From NCBI GenBank assembly GCA_016207885.1, contig JACQZE010000027.1, positions 11,944 to 75,943 on the forward strand: DNA of 64,000 bases, in the 5' to 3' direction. Position numbers and translations under genes: made by a program. Below the pieces are notes generated by a model that saw only the letters and a list, made by a program, of their open reading frames with translations, searched no databases and was not told the origin of the DNA. Positions 52,988-61,722 of this stretch are shown one piece after another. This DNA comes from Nitrospirota bacterium. GTDB taxonomy: Bacteria > Nitrospirota > Thermodesulfovibrionia > UBA6902. How positions within the stretch are numbered: position 1 is the stretch's first letter; each line of letters starts with the position of its first letter.

Positions 52988-53420
52988 AGCTGTCATTGAT
53001 ACCAATATCTGGGTATCCTCTTTGCTCAATCCATTCGGCTTTCCTGCCAAATTACGTAACGCCTTTGAAAAAGGCACATTCCATGTCCTTATATCATAAC
53101 CCATGCTTGCAGAACTTGCCGATGTCCTCAGCCGTCCGAGAATAAAGGACAAGTACGGCATAACTGATGCCGACATTGAAGAACTTTTGACCCTGATAGA
53201 GGAACGGGCAGAGCATGTCATGGTTTTAGATGATGTTGCCGTTTGCAGAGACCCTGACGATAACCTCGTTATTGAAACAGCGATCAAGGGCAAGGCAGCG
53301 TATCTTGTAACAAGAGATGATGATATCAAGTTTGACAAGGATGTTTCAGTATTCCTGTTGCAATATGGCGTCGCTGTCGTTTCCATCGCAAAATTCTTAG
53401 CGCTCATAAATAAGTCTTAA
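52977..53420 (+). pseudogene. PIN-domain (VapC-like) toxin gene interrupted by an in-frame TAA stop
   Basis: From the GTG at 52977, VPVKAVIDTNIWVSSLLNPFGFPAKLRNAFEKGTFHVLIS is followed by TAA (53097-99). It continues in the same frame as PMLAELADVLSRPRIKDKYG…DDNLVIETAIKGKAAYLVTRDDD (ORF 53103..53420). The two pieces together make a complete PIN-domain protein. Confidence 0.6.
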
Positions 53421-53522
53421 GTTTTTTCAATGCCTTCAGATAACCTTAAGCTGTAACAAATTTATATTATTATGTCCCGCCAAAATGATTGTGCCTGAAA
53501 ATAACTGCATATAAATAATCTT

Positions 53523-54338
53523 CTATTTATCAATCACACCTTTAAACACACTTTTAACTTCCTTCAACAATTCCTTATGAACAGCAGGAGGCCCGGCGAC
53601 TATGTTTCCGGTTGTAAGATAATCTAAACCTCCGCTGAAATCTGTGACAATACCTCCGGCCTCTTTTATCAGCAGCGTGCCTGCCGCGATGTCCCACGGG
53701 CTCAGGCCTATCTCGAAAAAGCCGTCGCATCTTCCTGCGGCAAGATATGAGAGGTCGATTGCTGCTGAACCGGCTCTTCTTATGTCGCTTACTTTACTGA
53801 TGATATTTTTAAATAACTTCAGATAATTATCCATATGCTCTCTTTGTTTAAAAGGAAAGCCTGTTGAGATAAGTGAGCGGCTCAAATCAGTTGTCTCCAA
53901 CTGCTTGAGCGGCGTGCAGTTCAGATAAGCGCCATAACCTTTTAACGCAGTGAAACTCTCTTTTCTCAATGGGTCATAAACCACGCCTGCGATCATCTCT
54001 CCTTTATGCTCAAGGGCTATTGAGACGGAAAAGACAGGGAATCCGTGAATGAAATTTGTCGTGCCGTCAAGAGGGTCGATGATCCAGCGGTATTCTGAAG
54101 ATGAAGTTTCATTGATGGATTCTTCAGCAAGAATTCCATGGTTAGGATAGCTTTGCTTAATGATCTTTATAATTAAATCTTCAGACTTTTTATCAACATA
54201 GGTAACAAAGTCAGATCTTTGCTTGGTATCTATGTCACCTGCGGAAAGCTTCCCGATATTCTGCAATATAAATACACCTGCGATCCTGGATGCCTTTACC
54301 GCTGTCTCAAGATAATCGCTGTCATTATAAATATTCAT
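53523..54338 (-). CDS. Inositol monophosphatase family protein (SuhB-like)
   Basis: WIIDPLDGTTNFIHG and HRRAGSAAIDLSYLAAGRCD-type (…IRRAGSAAIDLSYLAAGR…) motifs of the IMPase family. Confidence 0.85.
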   Translation of the reverse strand: MNIYNDSDYLETAVKASRIAGVFILQNIGKLSAGDIDTKQRSDFVTYVDKKSEDLIIKIIKQSYPNHGILAEESINETSSSEYRWIIDPLDGTTNFIHGFPVFSVSIALEHKGEMIAGVVYDPLRKESFTALKGYGAYLNCTPLKQLETTDLSRSLISTGFPFKQREHMDNYLKLFKNIISKVSDIRRAGSAAIDLSYLAAGRCDGFFEIGLSPWDIAAGTLLIKEAGGIVTDFSGGLDYLTTGNIVAGPPAVHKELLKEVKSVFKGVIDK

Positions 54339-54432
54339 GAGAGATAATATAACATTTCATCAAGGTACAGTATAATAATATCATCAAATCAGAGCCAGGC
54401 AATAAACTTAACTATAGTAAAAGAGGAGAATC

Positions 54433-54723
54433 ATGAAAAGATTTTTAATTGCATTGTTCGCAGTCTTTATCCTTGCCTTAGGAACAGGTATTGCCTTCAG
54501 CAATGAAAACAAGAGTAAACATAATGAAAATTCTAATAACAAGGTAAGCCAGGAGCTTTCAGCAAAGCATCCTGATAACTGGGTTGATGAAGAACTTCAT
54601 GGTGAATACGTTGAAGAGTATGGCGATTCCAAATGTCAGGAGTGTCACGGTGCAGATTTGAAAGGCGGCAAGGATGCCCCGTCATGCAAAGAATGCCACG
54701 ATAAGCATGAAGAAAATGACTGA
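54433..54723 (+). CDS. Small secreted diheme c-type cytochrome
   Basis: Signal peptide (MKRFLIALFAVFILALGTGIAFS) plus two CxxCH motifs (CQECHG, CKECHD) within 96 aa. Confidence 0.65.
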   Translation: MKRFLIALFAVFILALGTGIAFSNENKSKHNENSNNKVSQELSAKHPDNWVDEELHGEYVEEYGDSKCQECHGADLKGGKDAPSCKECHDKHEEND

Positions 54724-54734
54724 CGGTATTTTTT

Positions 54735-55460
54735 TTAAATCCTTCCCCAAATAATTACATGGCGGTCTGAAACGGTCTCAACTGTAAGCGCATCTAAGCC
54801 GTTCTGTTTTAACTGGCTCTTTATCTCATCAGGTGTATACGCGGCAAGGAGAGAATTAAAAAAATCCTTCTGCAGTATCGGTGAGGCCTCTGCCGCGTGC
54901 TGTCTTACGAGTGATTCAGCAATCTCAGCAGAGGCGGGACGGAAGAGGTCCATAATAAATACAGGCGCGTTCTTTTTTGCGCACTCTCTTACCGTCTCCC
55001 ACAATACATGAGGATCGGCAAGATGGTGCAGTATGCTGTTTGATATGACAGCATCGAATTTGTACTTGAACAGGGTAGGGTCAGGCAGCAGGCAGTTTGA
55101 CAGTTTGATACGTTCTGTATAGCCGCACTTATGAATTTCACGCCGGGCTATTTCAAGCATCTCTCCCGCACCGTCAACACCGTTTATCTGTATGTCAGGC
55201 AATGCCTTTGCAAACCTGATGATCACATCGCCTGTGCCGCAGCCGATATCCAGCACTTTACCTGATGTGAAGTCCGGAAAACGTTCTTTAAAGTAGGAGA
55301 CAAAGGCTTCATGAGGTTCAGAGAAATCTGTTTCAGCATATGCCCTTGCCTGTTCTGCGTCATTCATCAACTCTTTTTCAGGAATGCGTTCCATACTTTT
55401 TGTCATTCTGGCTTGTCCGGAATCTATTTGTAATCTTATTATTCCTCTTTCCACTGGCAT
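54735..55460 (-). CDS. Class I SAM-dependent methyltransferase
   Basis: VLDIGCGTGDVII motif I. The true start may be the downstream ATG at 55406 or 55394 (MERIPEKEL…), which would leave the repeat at 55401-55424 intergenic. Confidence 0.7.
   Translation of the reverse strand: MPVERGIIRLQIDSGQARMTKSMERIPEKELMNDAEQARAYAETDFSEPHEAFVSYFKERFPDFTSGKVLDIGCGTGDVIIRFAKALPDIQINGVDGAGEMLEIARREIHKCGYTERIKLSNCLLPDPTLFKYKFDAVISNSILHHLADPHVLWETVRECAKKNAPVFIMDLFRPASAEIAESLVRQHAAEASPILQKDFFNSLLAAYTPDEIKSQLKQNGLDALTVETVSDRHVIIWGRI
55401..55424. repeat. REP-like palindromic unit (TGTCATTCtGGCTTGTCCGGAATC), third copy of the 56490-56551 element
   Basis: 23 of 24 positions match the arms of the palindrome at 56490-56551. 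There is an internal inverted repeat ATTCyGG…CCGGAAT. A T-run precedes it, as in the other copies. Confidence 0.6.
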
Positions 55461-56470
55461 TGAATGTCATATGTGCCGTGCGGCCTGAACTTTCTCTTGA
55501 GAAGGTCAAGGCTGTCGCCGAGAAGTCCGTCCAATGAGTAGTCACCCATATTCTCTTTCTGAAGATAATAAAGGTAGCCTATATCCTCTGGTTCAAAACC
55601 TATCAAACGCGCTCCGATGCCGTCTGCCTTTAAAGCGTCGGCTGATGCTATCGCTGTCATCATCTTCACAGCAGTTCCGTCAACAGGGCCGTCGCCTTCC
55701 ATACATACATATCCGTCAAGCACAACGAGGTCAGGCCATACCTTCTTTGCCATCTCAGCGATGTTGTGATGTATCATCTTTACGCTCTTGCGGTAACCGG
55801 GATAACTTGAGAAGAGAAAATTGATCAGCCAGTTGGGCAGGGTCCTTCGTGCCTTTGATACGGTGCCGGCAGGAAGCTTGTCAAGAAAGGTCTTGGGAGC
55901 GTCAACTTCTACGCCCCCCTTCATGCCGTGCAGCATCGCCATGTCCTGCCTCATGACGAGACCTGCCATATTCTTTATGCCGAATGTCCCTATGGCGAAG
56001 TTATGCGTCTTGGGGATGGCAAGGGATATCTTGTAATCATAATCATCTGCCCGTTTTGTTATCCTTAAGTGTGTGTCGCCTACAATGGAATGGATAGTGC
56101 TGTGGATGAATTCTTTGTCATTGTCAAAATCAGTAAGAATTATATTTTTGTATTTATCCGGCAGTCGATTGTAATCAAAATCTTTAAACACCTCTTTAGT
56201 CGGGATGCCGTTGTAGAAAGCAGAGGCAGATGCCTCGCCTACAGTGATGGGTGTCTCAGGAACGATCTCTCTTATAAACTCTATAACAGCCTCTATCGTC
56301 TCGACATGTGTGTTTGCAAAATCAGGTTTGAGCGCGACAAGGTTGGGCTTGATAAGAATATTCCTGGCTTCACTTATGGGCATCAGGTCTTCATGGATCA
56401 ATGTCAGGCATCTTTTGATATTCTCTTTCCTGTTCTCACCCTTGATGATCGCTGCTTTTTTCCCTGCCAT
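55439..56470 (-). CDS. DUF362 domain protein
   Basis: 343 aa; …ILIKPNLVALKPDFANTHVETIEAVIEFI… and the overall length fit DUF362. No catalytic motif is assignable. Confidence 0.5.
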   Translation of the reverse strand: MAGKKAAIIKGENRKENIKRCLTLIHEDLMPISEARNILIKPNLVALKPDFANTHVETIEAVIEFIREIVPETPITVGEASASAFYNGIPTKEVFKDFDYNRLPDKYKNIILTDFDNDKEFIHSTIHSIVGDTHLRITKRADDYDYKISLAIPKTHNFAIGTFGIKNMAGLVMRQDMAMLHGMKGGVEVDAPKTFLDKLPAGTVSKARRTLPNWLINFLFSSYPGYRKSVKMIHHNIAEMAKKVWPDLVVLDGYVCMEGDGPVDGTAVKMMTAIASADALKADGIGARLIGFEPEDIGYLYYLQKENMGDYSLDGLLGDSLDLLKRKFRPHGTYDIQCQWKEE

Positions 56471-56489
56471 AACACCCCCAGTTGTTTTT

Positions 56490-56551
56490 TGTCATTCCGG
56501 CTTGTCCGGAATCCTTTTATGAGTAACGATTCCGGACAAGCCGGAATGACA
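56490..56551. repeat. Perfect 24-bp-arm palindrome (two inverted REP-like units) in an intergenic region
   Basis: TGTCATTCCGGCTTGTCCGGAATC at 56490-56513 and its exact reverse complement GATTCCGGACAAGCCGGAATGACA at 56528-56551 are separated by 14 nt. No T-run follows on either strand, so this is not a canonical terminator. Confidence 0.75.
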
Positions 56552-56587
56552 CATAATAGAGTAATTGCAATATATTTGAAATGGATA

Positions 56588-59500
56588 TTAAAAGCTCGAT
56601 ATATTCATCAGATGCTCAAATGATCCGTCATTCATCCACCTGTCCAGGTCTGAAGGCTCTTTAAGCTGCTGGCCGCGGTATCTTGAAACCGCGACATATG
56701 AAGCGCTTAACCCATTCATGCCTGTTATATCTCCCCAGAGTTTTTCAAATTGAGCAACAGGATAGACATCTTCCTGCCCATTTCCCCAGAGATATTTTAC
56801 ATTTTTGATAGTTACATAAGCAGGCGTTCTCATCTCAACATCATGGATCGCTTCTATGACCTGATCATATTTAGTCTTGTCATTTTCTGATCGCAGTATT
56901 ATCTCTCTGTCAAGCCCGAAGAACGCCAGAAGTGAATCTATCGTTATCCAGTTTGTGAGCGTACTGTAATAACTGAGGCTGAACTCATCATCCTCTCCCG
57001 GCAGGGCAAGCCCCTCGATCAGCTGTATCCTGCCGTTCACCTTGGCGAGCCCGCCGCCCTTATCCTCAATATATCTGGGTATTACCTCAAATGTGACGCA
57101 GGCTTTATTTGAGATATGAAGCCCTAATAATTCCGGTGAAGCATTAACCCCTAACGTATCGATATTAGAGGATAAAATATATTTTAAGGCTGGGCGCTCC
57201 TTCAATATGGCAGCCATTGTGCCGTTCTTTAACATGTTGGGTATCTCATACCAGTGCCCGGGCGGGTTGAACCTTAAAATGGGTTTATTCTCTGAGTAGT
57301 CTTTTCCTTCACCTTTAGACTTAGTCCATTCAATGAGGGCTGTATGCTGCGCATGTCCGGCCTTAAGGTTTTCATCATCCGTGCTTTGCCCGTGCTTTTT
57401 CTCCCAAATGAACTGAAGGTCTCTCACCATTGGATAGACCCTCCTTGCTATGCTTTTCCCGGGAGAGAGATAAATATCTTTTTCGCAGCCGAAATGATCG
57501 AACCTCTTTAAATATTTCTCTATTGCGTCATGGGTCAAATAACTTGTTGTAAATATATGAGGGATATTCTTTCCAAACAACTCAGCTGTCTTCCTGCTTT
57601 TTGCCAGGTGCGCCTCAATAAAGGTTCTGTACCTGTCTCCTGCTTTAAGAAAAGGGTTTATTGGTTTTGCCACTGCCGCGCCATGGCTCCAGCGGCTGCC
57701 CATACCTGCGGCAAAGGTCACAACCGCAACCTCACCGTTGCTCAATGATTTAGTGCCGATATCATAAAATGACTTATTCTTTAACGCATCTTCTTCATGG
57801 AATAATTCATCACGGCCCACATCTTCAACAATTGTTGTTATTGGAAGCCTGTTCTTTTCGAGGCTGATATCACCCCTTATAAGGAGGGAGCGGATATGTT
57901 CATGCGATGTTTTATCAAAACCGTATCTATCCATGATCTCAGCTTCTCCAGGCTTCTGATCATCAGATGAATCCATATCATCATTTGTCCGCTTCGGTAT
58001 CTCCGGTATCTTTGCATCTTTGCCCTGCAGGAGTTTCGCTATTATGCCTTTATGATTGAAATTGAAATCATAGACTATAGGGTCAATGACAAATGGATAT
58101 GATGAACTGTATATATCTTTGAGTTCACGCATAATGACTTTTATCCTTTTCTTGAATTGCGAATTGATCTCAGGGTTCACAATAAAAGCCATGCCGCCGC
58201 CTGACATTCCTCCAAGCATGAGAAATCCCCAGTAGTCATCTTTGAACTCTTCTTTCATTCGTTTGATCAGGTCATCGGTAAATGCGTTGTTAACGCCGGG
58301 AATGATCGGTTGTATCGCCTCTTCCCAATCCAGGGACGTAAGCCTTCCAAGCTCTTTCATGTTGCCTGACCGCAAGGCATCCGTTATCCTGTCAAAGAGC
58401 ATAATTCCTTTTTCACGTGCAGCCCGCTCTTCGTCATGTTTAAGCAGATACTTTTCAGTGACCATCTCAAGGATCGAACCTACATCCTGTGATATCCCGC
58501 CGTGAACAAGTACCATGGACTTTAATATCCTGTCTTCCACATCCGTGGATATCTCCTCCTTTGTAAAGAGCGTATAGTCAGGAAGCAGGCAGCCTCTGCT
58601 GATTCCAAATTCAGCGCTTCCAGACTCAGCAAGCCTTCCTGTAATCACCTTTATTCCCGGCCATAATCCTCCTGAATCCTGCCAGCCTCCGCCGGAACCT
58701 CCCAGCCATTCGCCAAGTATAGCCCTTGAAGCAACTATCCGTCTGTCCTCATCAGAGAGAGGGCCTGTAAGGTTTTTTATCTGGCCGCTGAACCTCATGA
58801 GCTGTGTTATGATCGCTGCAAGCAGGGTAGTGCTGACAGCAAGGCGGGAACCTTTAGGGATGTTGTTAACGCTTGTTACAATTTCTATTCCGCCATCCTT
58901 GCCGAGAAGCTTTGCAAGAATATCCGGAAGAGATATTTCACTCTTCTCAAAACACGGCGGCACAATGCCTGATGCGACAACACCGGCTTTTAGCAGTGAG
59001 AGGTAATCATTGCTGAAATTAAAAAGCTCCTTCAGGGTTGAGATATCTTTTGTTTCTCTCAGGTCGATCGATGAAAGGCGTATGGCCGGCTTTTCGATAT
59101 AACGGCAATAACACTCACATGGCGGCAGGATCGGACTATTGCTACCATGAACCCTAAGGTCAACTGAGATATTAACTACTCTGGCGCCTTCTGGAAAGTC
59201 CATGCCGAGAAAGAATATATCTGACCACCCGCTGTGTGAAGGGTCGATCCTTACAGGAGATGCGTCGACGCCTACGGGATAATTATCTGTAATAGTATCA
59301 GACAACGTAAGCACAGGCGGGACAAGGTATGGATAATCATCCAAACCGTTAATATTATAAAGGTGGTAATTTTCACTGCATCGGCTTATCGAAAGCTTGA
59401 CCTGGCCAAAGAGATATTGAAATGATAATTTGTGATATGACTCCGCGATCGCGCTGTAAAGGTTTACGTTACGGCCGCCTGCCTTGCCGGCTTCCTCCAG

Positions 59501-59800
59501 AAAAACACTTATTGCTCTCTCAAAATCTTTTTTACCAGCAGCCTTTATCCCGTCAAGAGGGGCCTTCCCGCTGTGTGAGAGATCAGGGTCTGCAAGGAGA
59601 CGGAACCTGTATATGAAGAACAGAAACAGTGAAGCCCTGACTTTATGGTAAAGGTTATCAGAGCTTTTTCTGAATGACTCAAGCTCCATTGCAAGCTTAA
59701 ACAGTCTCTCCATGCTGTGGCCCTGCAATATGGAATCGATCGAGCGGTTGCGCACAGAAGGTGTATCGCTCAATATTGCTTGAATTAGAAAATTAGTCAT
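56588..59800 (-). CDS. Large two-domain protein: C-terminal UDPGP-family sugar-1-phosphate nucleotidylyltransferase-like domain with an N-terminal glycine-rich domain of unknown function (possible sugar kinase)
   Basis: 1070 aa. The C-terminal half has GEVAVVTFAAGMGSRWS…KP (the nucleotide-binding loop of UDP-sugar pyrophosphorylases, cf. LxGGxGTRLG) and …SSNIDTLG… (cf. the NIDNLG motif). The N-terminal half has a Gly-rich loop LGGSGGGWQDSGGLWPG, and I cannot place it in a known family. Confidence 0.45.
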   Translation of the reverse strand: MTNFLIQAILSDTPSVRNRSIDSILQGHSMERLFKLAMELESFRKSSDNLYHKVRASLFLFFIYRFRLLADPDLSHSGKAPLDGIKAAGKKDFERAISVFLEEAGKAGGRNVNLYSAIAESYHKLSFQYLFGQVKLSISRCSENYHLYNINGLDDYPYLVPPVLTLSDTITDNYPVGVDASPVRIDPSHSGWSDIFFLGMDFPEGARVVNISVDLRVHGSNSPILPPCECYCRYIEKPAIRLSSIDLRETKDISTLKELFNFSNDYLSLLKAGVVASGIVPPCFEKSEISLPDILAKLLGKDGGIEIVTSVNNIPKGSRLAVSTTLLAAIITQLMRFSGQIKNLTGPLSDEDRRIVASRAILGEWLGGSGGGWQDSGGLWPGIKVITGRLAESGSAEFGISRGCLLPDYTLFTKEEISTDVEDRILKSMVLVHGGISQDVGSILEMVTEKYLLKHDEERAAREKGIMLFDRITDALRSGNMKELGRLTSLDWEEAIQPIIPGVNNAFTDDLIKRMKEEFKDDYWGFLMLGGMSGGGMAFIVNPEINSQFKKRIKVIMRELKDIYSSSYPFVIDPIVYDFNFNHKGIIAKLLQGKDAKIPEIPKRTNDDMDSSDDQKPGEAEIMDRYGFDKTSHEHIRSLLIRGDISLEKNRLPITTIVEDVGRDELFHEEDALKNKSFYDIGTKSLSNGEVAVVTFAAGMGSRWSHGAAVAKPINPFLKAGDRYRTFIEAHLAKSRKTAELFGKNIPHIFTTSYLTHDAIEKYLKRFDHFGCEKDIYLSPGKSIARRVYPMVRDLQFIWEKKHGQSTDDENLKAGHAQHTALIEWTKSKGEGKDYSENKPILRFNPPGHWYEIPNMLKNGTMAAILKERPALKYILSSNIDTLGVNASPELLGLHISNKACVTFEVIPRYIEDKGGGLAKVNGRIQLIEGLALPGEDDEFSLSYYSTLTNWITIDSLLAFFGLDREIILRSENDKTKYDQVIEAIHDVEMRTPAYVTIKNVKYLWGNGQEDVYPVAQFEKLWGDITGMNGLSASYVAVSRYRGQQLKEPSDLDRWMNDGSFEHLMNISSF

Positions 59801-59900
59801 ATCAGAGAGATTATTTTAACATACTCATATTAAAGGCCATTTCTTTATTACATATAATAAAGGTGATATAATAAAAAATGCATTTAAAGGAGGTGTCTTA

Positions 59901-60419
59901 ATGAAAACAGAAGATAAGGGATGGAGCCCATATTTGGCAGGTGTGTTGAGCGGGCTGGTGATCATCGCTTCTGCATGGATCGCAAACAATTTTTTCGGGG
60001 CTTCAACATGTTTTGTCAGGACAGCAGGGTTAATTGAGAGGCTTTTTGATCCTGAACGCGTTCTTACAATGGATTACTTTGTCAGGTATATACCTGAAGT
60101 GGATTGGCAGATGATGATGGTTATCGGCATATTATTAGGGGCTTTTATCTCATCAGTCACCTCAGGCAGCTTTAAGATAAAAGCTGTGCCTGATATGTGG
60201 GAAAAACATTTTGGCCCAAGCAGGCTGAAGAGAGGCCTTACTGCTTTTGCCGGCGGTGTGATACTTATGTTCGGCGCCAGGCTTGCAGGCGGATGCCCGA
60301 GCGGTTATGGCCTGGGAGCTCTTGTACAACTTGCGGTTAGCGGCCTCGTGGTTATAATGTGTTTCTTTATCGGAGGCATTGTTGTAGCCCAGCTTTTGTA
60401 TCATGGGGGTGACAAATGA
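59901..60419 (+). CDS. YeeE/YedE family (DUF395) sulfur-transport membrane protein, half-size subunit 1
   Basis: 172 aa with 4 TM helices and the conserved GGCPSGYG motif. Confidence 0.7.
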   Translation: MKTEDKGWSPYLAGVLSGLVIIASAWIANNFFGASTCFVRTAGLIERLFDPERVLTMDYFVRYIPEVDWQMMMVIGILLGAFISSVTSGSFKIKAVPDMWEKHFGPSRLKRGLTAFAGGVILMFGARLAGGCPSGYGLGALVQLAVSGLVVIMCFFIGGIVVAQLLYHGGDK

Positions 60420-60943
60420 GTACTCTTATTAATGGATTGATAACAGGCATATTATTCGGTTTCTTTCTTCAAAAGGGAAGGGTGCTCCGCTATGACAGGC
60501 AGATAGGCGCTCTCCGGCTCACTGATATGACGATCGTGAAGTTCATGTTTTCAGCGATCCTGACAGGCATGATAGGCGTCCACATACTTTTCATGCTCGG
60601 GTTTGCCAAGCCGCTTATACTGCCGACAAACCTTGTGTCCAATATCCTCGGCGGCCTTATCTTTGGTTTTGGCTGGGGGCTGCTCGGATATTGTCCAGGG
60701 ACATCTCTTGGCGCGCTTGGCGAAGGAAGGGTGGACGCTTTCTGGGGGATGCTCGGGATGCTGGCCGGCGCCGGAATATTTGCTGAACTATATCCGGTTA
60801 TAAGCGATACGATCCTTAGCTGGGGAAGTGAGGGATTTATCACCCTCTCCTCAATTATCGGCGTAAACGATTGGGTCGTTATTGCAGTCTTCGTAGTTGG
60901 AGGGTTGTTTCTCTTCAGATGGCTGGAAAAGGCCGGGCTGTAA
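60416..60943 (+). CDS. YeeE/YedE family (DUF395) sulfur-transport membrane protein, half-size subunit 2
   Basis: 175 aa with the conserved GYCPGTSLG motif. It is translationally coupled to subunit 1 (ATGA). Together the two genes reconstitute the two-repeat YeeE fold. Confidence 0.7.
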   Translation: MSTLINGLITGILFGFFLQKGRVLRYDRQIGALRLTDMTIVKFMFSAILTGMIGVHILFMLGFAKPLILPTNLVSNILGGLIFGFGWGLLGYCPGTSLGALGEGRVDAFWGMLGMLAGAGIFAELYPVISDTILSWGSEGFITLSSIIGVNDWVVIAVFVVGGLFLFRWLEKAGL

Positions 60944-60977
60944 CAAGAAGAGCCTATTTATTTTTCCTGGAGGCTAA

Positions 60978-61709
60978 TTGGCAAAAAATTCAATGTATCT
61001 TTACGGCAAGAATTCTGTGCTTGAACGGCTGCGGTACAACCCTTCAAGCATTAAGCGGATCTACCTTCAGGACAATTTCAGATCAAAAGATATAATAGAT
61101 GCCATAGCTGCCGGGCAGATACCTGTCAGTCGTGTATCAGAGAAAGAACTTTTACGAATAAAGAATGCTGACCGGATCCAGGGTATTGTCGCAGAGGCTG
61201 AAAAATTCAGATACATAGAATTCAAGGAGCTTCTTCGCCCCCGAAATGGGAAAACACTGTCGCTTGTTTTTCTGGACAACTTAAGCGACCCGCATAACCT
61301 CGGCAGTATCATCCGCATAGCCGCATGTTTTGATGGTTTTGCCATTGTTATTCCCGAACGTAATTCCTGTGATATTAATGAGACCGTTCTTCATGTTGCA
61401 TCCGGAGGGGAGAATTATGTGCCGGTGTCAATGATCGGCAATATGTCACAGGCTTTGACAGAGGCGAAAGAAGCAGGCTACTGGGCTGTCGGGACTGTTG
61501 TGGAAGACGGGGCTGACATAAATAAGGTCTCTCTGCCTTTTCCTCTTTGTCTTGTGCTGGGGTCGGAAGGAAAGGGCATAAGGCACGGTATCGATAAACA
61601 TCTTGACATGAAGGTCACTCTTCCGATGAAAGGCGCTCAGCTTTCTTTTAATGTTGCCATGTCATATGCGATATTTGCCCATGAGATAGCAAAACAGCGA
61701 AAGACATGA
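60978..61709 (+). CDS. rlmB: SpoU/TrmH-family RNA 2'-O-methyltransferase (RlmB-like)
   Basis: An N-terminal substrate-binding domain (LYGKNSVLERL) plus a C-terminal SPOUT motif (LVLGSEGKGIRHGI…TLPMKGAQLSFNVAMSYAIF). Confidence 0.65.
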   Translation: MAKNSMYLYGKNSVLERLRYNPSSIKRIYLQDNFRSKDIIDAIAAGQIPVSRVSEKELLRIKNADRIQGIVAEAEKFRYIEFKELLRPRNGKTLSLVFLDNLSDPHNLGSIIRIAACFDGFAIVIPERNSCDINETVLHVASGGENYVPVSMIGNMSQALTEAKEAGYWAVGTVVEDGADINKVSLPFPLCLVLGSEGKGIRHGIDKHLDMKVTLPMKGAQLSFNVAMSYAIFAHEIAKQRKT

Positions 61710-61722
61710 TATATTTCTAACT

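Noticed and set aside
52977-53420. Initially read as a frameshift in the PIN toxin gene.
   Set aside because: Codon-by-codon recount shows both parts in the same frame (52977 and 53103 are both 0 mod 3), separated by an in-frame TAA at 53097. I therefore report it as a nonsense-interrupted pseudogene or possible sequencing error rather than a frameshift.
56490-56551. 62-bp perfect palindrome considered as an intrinsic terminator between two minus-strand genes.
   Set aside because: No U-tract follows the hairpin on either strand: T6 precedes it on the plus strand and A6 follows it on the minus strand. The same 24-mer recurs at 55401, so it is better explained as a REP-like repeat.
56069-56623. 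184-aa plus-strand ORF overlapping the DUF362 gene.
   Set aside because: It is antisense to a well-formed 343-aa minus-strand gene and spans the REP-like palindrome, and its sequence is low-complexity with no motifs.
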